Positions 63,218-64,000 of a stretch of 64,000 nucleotides of DNA are shown here, one piece after another (the first letter of the stretch is position 1; each line of letters begins with the position of its first letter). A model generated the notes under the pieces. That model was not told the DNA's origin, did no database searches, and worked only from the letters and a program-made list of their open reading frames with translations. This stretch comes from a virus (lineage: Duplodnaviria; Heunggongvirae; Uroviricota; Caudoviricetes). A program made the position numbers and the translations under genes. The stretch lies in the IMG/VR virus record IMGVR_UViG_3300026097_000001. The stretch is one strand, 5' to 3'.

Positions 63218-64000
63218 TCAGCGAGTAATCTCTTCCCAATCCATAGAAGCAAAAATATCTTCGTCATTAGTTCCAGCAGCGACCAAAAATGTAAGCGGCT
63301 CTGAAACTCCGGTAAACGAATCTCTTTCTAGCTGAAACTTAAATACCGCTTCTTTTAAGATATCCAACGTAGGCGAACCTTGATTTGATGAATTCAAATA
63401 CCCCTGTGCAAGAACTCTACCACCACCATCGTGCGCGGTTCCAGCTAGGGTATATTCGACTGAGGAATCAGAACCGGCACTCGTCCAAGAAGCTGTTGTT
63501 ACTGCGCCTCCTGCAACAATTCTCCATGAAAAGTTTACACCGTTACCAACACCCAACAAAGATACCGCAGTTAAGATAGCTATTGCATCCTGTCTTGCGG
63601 ACTTCAGTCTAATTGAGACGACGGGGTAATATGTTCCTGCATCGTCCAAAGCGTATGAACTTGTGATTGGAGTTCCAACGGCGTGCTGCCTGCCTCTCAA
63701 TTCATAACCGCCTTCGCTAATAACGGTGCTACAAATTTGTTTTGCTTGACTTGCACTAGAAGTGGCACCCGTGTTTGTTATTTCTTGTCTTATTGGTAAA
63801 GATGCGGTTGTCATGTACGTTGATTCAATTAAATTTGCATGATGAAACGCGTGACAAGGAATAAACTGGCCGTTGATTGCAAAACCAAAACGCACGCTAC
63901 CGACACCCAACCATTCAAAATCTACCCACATGAGTTGAACCTTAGTCAGATCTAAAGTTACGCCACTTGGGCCTGTGCCATCTAACGAGTCAACATTCCA
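63218..64000 (-). CDS. Gly/Thr/Ser-rich structural protein, 5' end beyond the window
   Basis: The reading frame stays open to the window edge upstream of the listed Met; beta-rich composition typical of virion proteins. Confidence 0.35.
   Translation of the reverse strand, partial: WNVDSLDGTGPSGVTLDLTKVQLMWVDFEWLGVGSVRFGFAINGQFIPCHAFHHANLIESTYMTTASLPIRQEITNTGATSSASQAKQICSTVISEGGYELRGRQHAVGTPITSSYALDDAGTYYPVVSIRLKSARQDAIAILTAVSLLGVGNGVNFSWRIVAGGAVTTASWTSAGSDSSVEYTLAGTAHDGGGRVLAQGYLNSSNQGSPTLDILKEAVFKFQLERDSFTGVSEPLTFLVAAGTNDEDIFASMDWEEITR

Noticed and set aside
1-64000. Reading the window as a eukaryotic-virus or eukaryotic fragment because of GT29 motifs, a collagen-like protein and ALAS
   Set aside because: The gene set (T4 rnh, dda, gp61, td, frd, rnlA, pnk, phoH), sigma70-type promoters, Shine-Dalgarno sequences, rho-independent terminators, spanins and ATGA-coupled operons are all bacteriophage hallmarks.

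Overview
This window looks like a 64-kb segment of a T4-like lytic myovirus genome, probably marine. Every convincing gene but one is on the minus strand and genes are tightly packed with frequent ATGA/TAATG start-stop overlaps. I saw no rRNA, tRNA, CRISPR array or transposase. Recognisable T4-type core genes: rnh (RNase H), a Dda-like helicase, a gp61-type primase, td (thymidylate synthase), frd (dihydrofolate reductase), a dNMP kinase, a glutaredoxin, RNA ligase 1, PhoH, and polynucleotide kinase split into separate kinase and phosphatase genes. The class I ribonucleotide reductase is unusual: the ATP-cone sits on the small subunit (NrdB) and the large subunit (NrdA) has none. Coordinates 1-7700 and 17600-46100 are an early-gene region studded with a reiterated ~45-bp sigma70-type promoter/leader cassette (TTGACA-17-TATATT plus conserved leader and Shine-Dalgarno). 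I place 16 copies. A tail-tip/fibre module at 7.7-16.5 kb contains a 1738-aa collagen-like (Gly-X-Y) protein with interspersed ~55-aa beta modules. A subtilisin-like S8 protease gene lies immediately downstream (3-bp gap), and a PAAR-like gene lies within the same module. A late lysis cassette at 46.6-48.6 kb has a GH19 endolysin with a peptidoglycan-binding domain and an overlapping i-spanin/o-spanin pair. Candidate auxiliary metabolic genes include 5-aminolevulinate synthase, an NMN-adenylyltransferase plus a P-loop kinase, an SPFH/band-7 operon, a metallophosphoesterase and a HAD hydrolase. Coordinates 54.3-62.6 kb hold a tightly coupled 14-gene glycan-biosynthesis island. It encodes GDP-mannose 4,6-dehydratase, a DegT-type sugar aminotransferase, a GT8 transferase, a short-chain dehydrogenase (SDR), a SAM methyltransferase and two TagF-like transferases. 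It also encodes three ~180-aa paralogues carrying unmistakable GT29 (animal-type sialyltransferase) L and S sialylmotifs. At four loci I found hairpins that sequester the ribosome-binding site and carry a T4-late-promoter-like (T/A)ATAAATA box at the 5' arm/loop junction. This matches the T4 gene e/soc early-off, late-on translational switch. All calls come from reading the sequence and the six-frame track against remembered family signatures; no database search was run.
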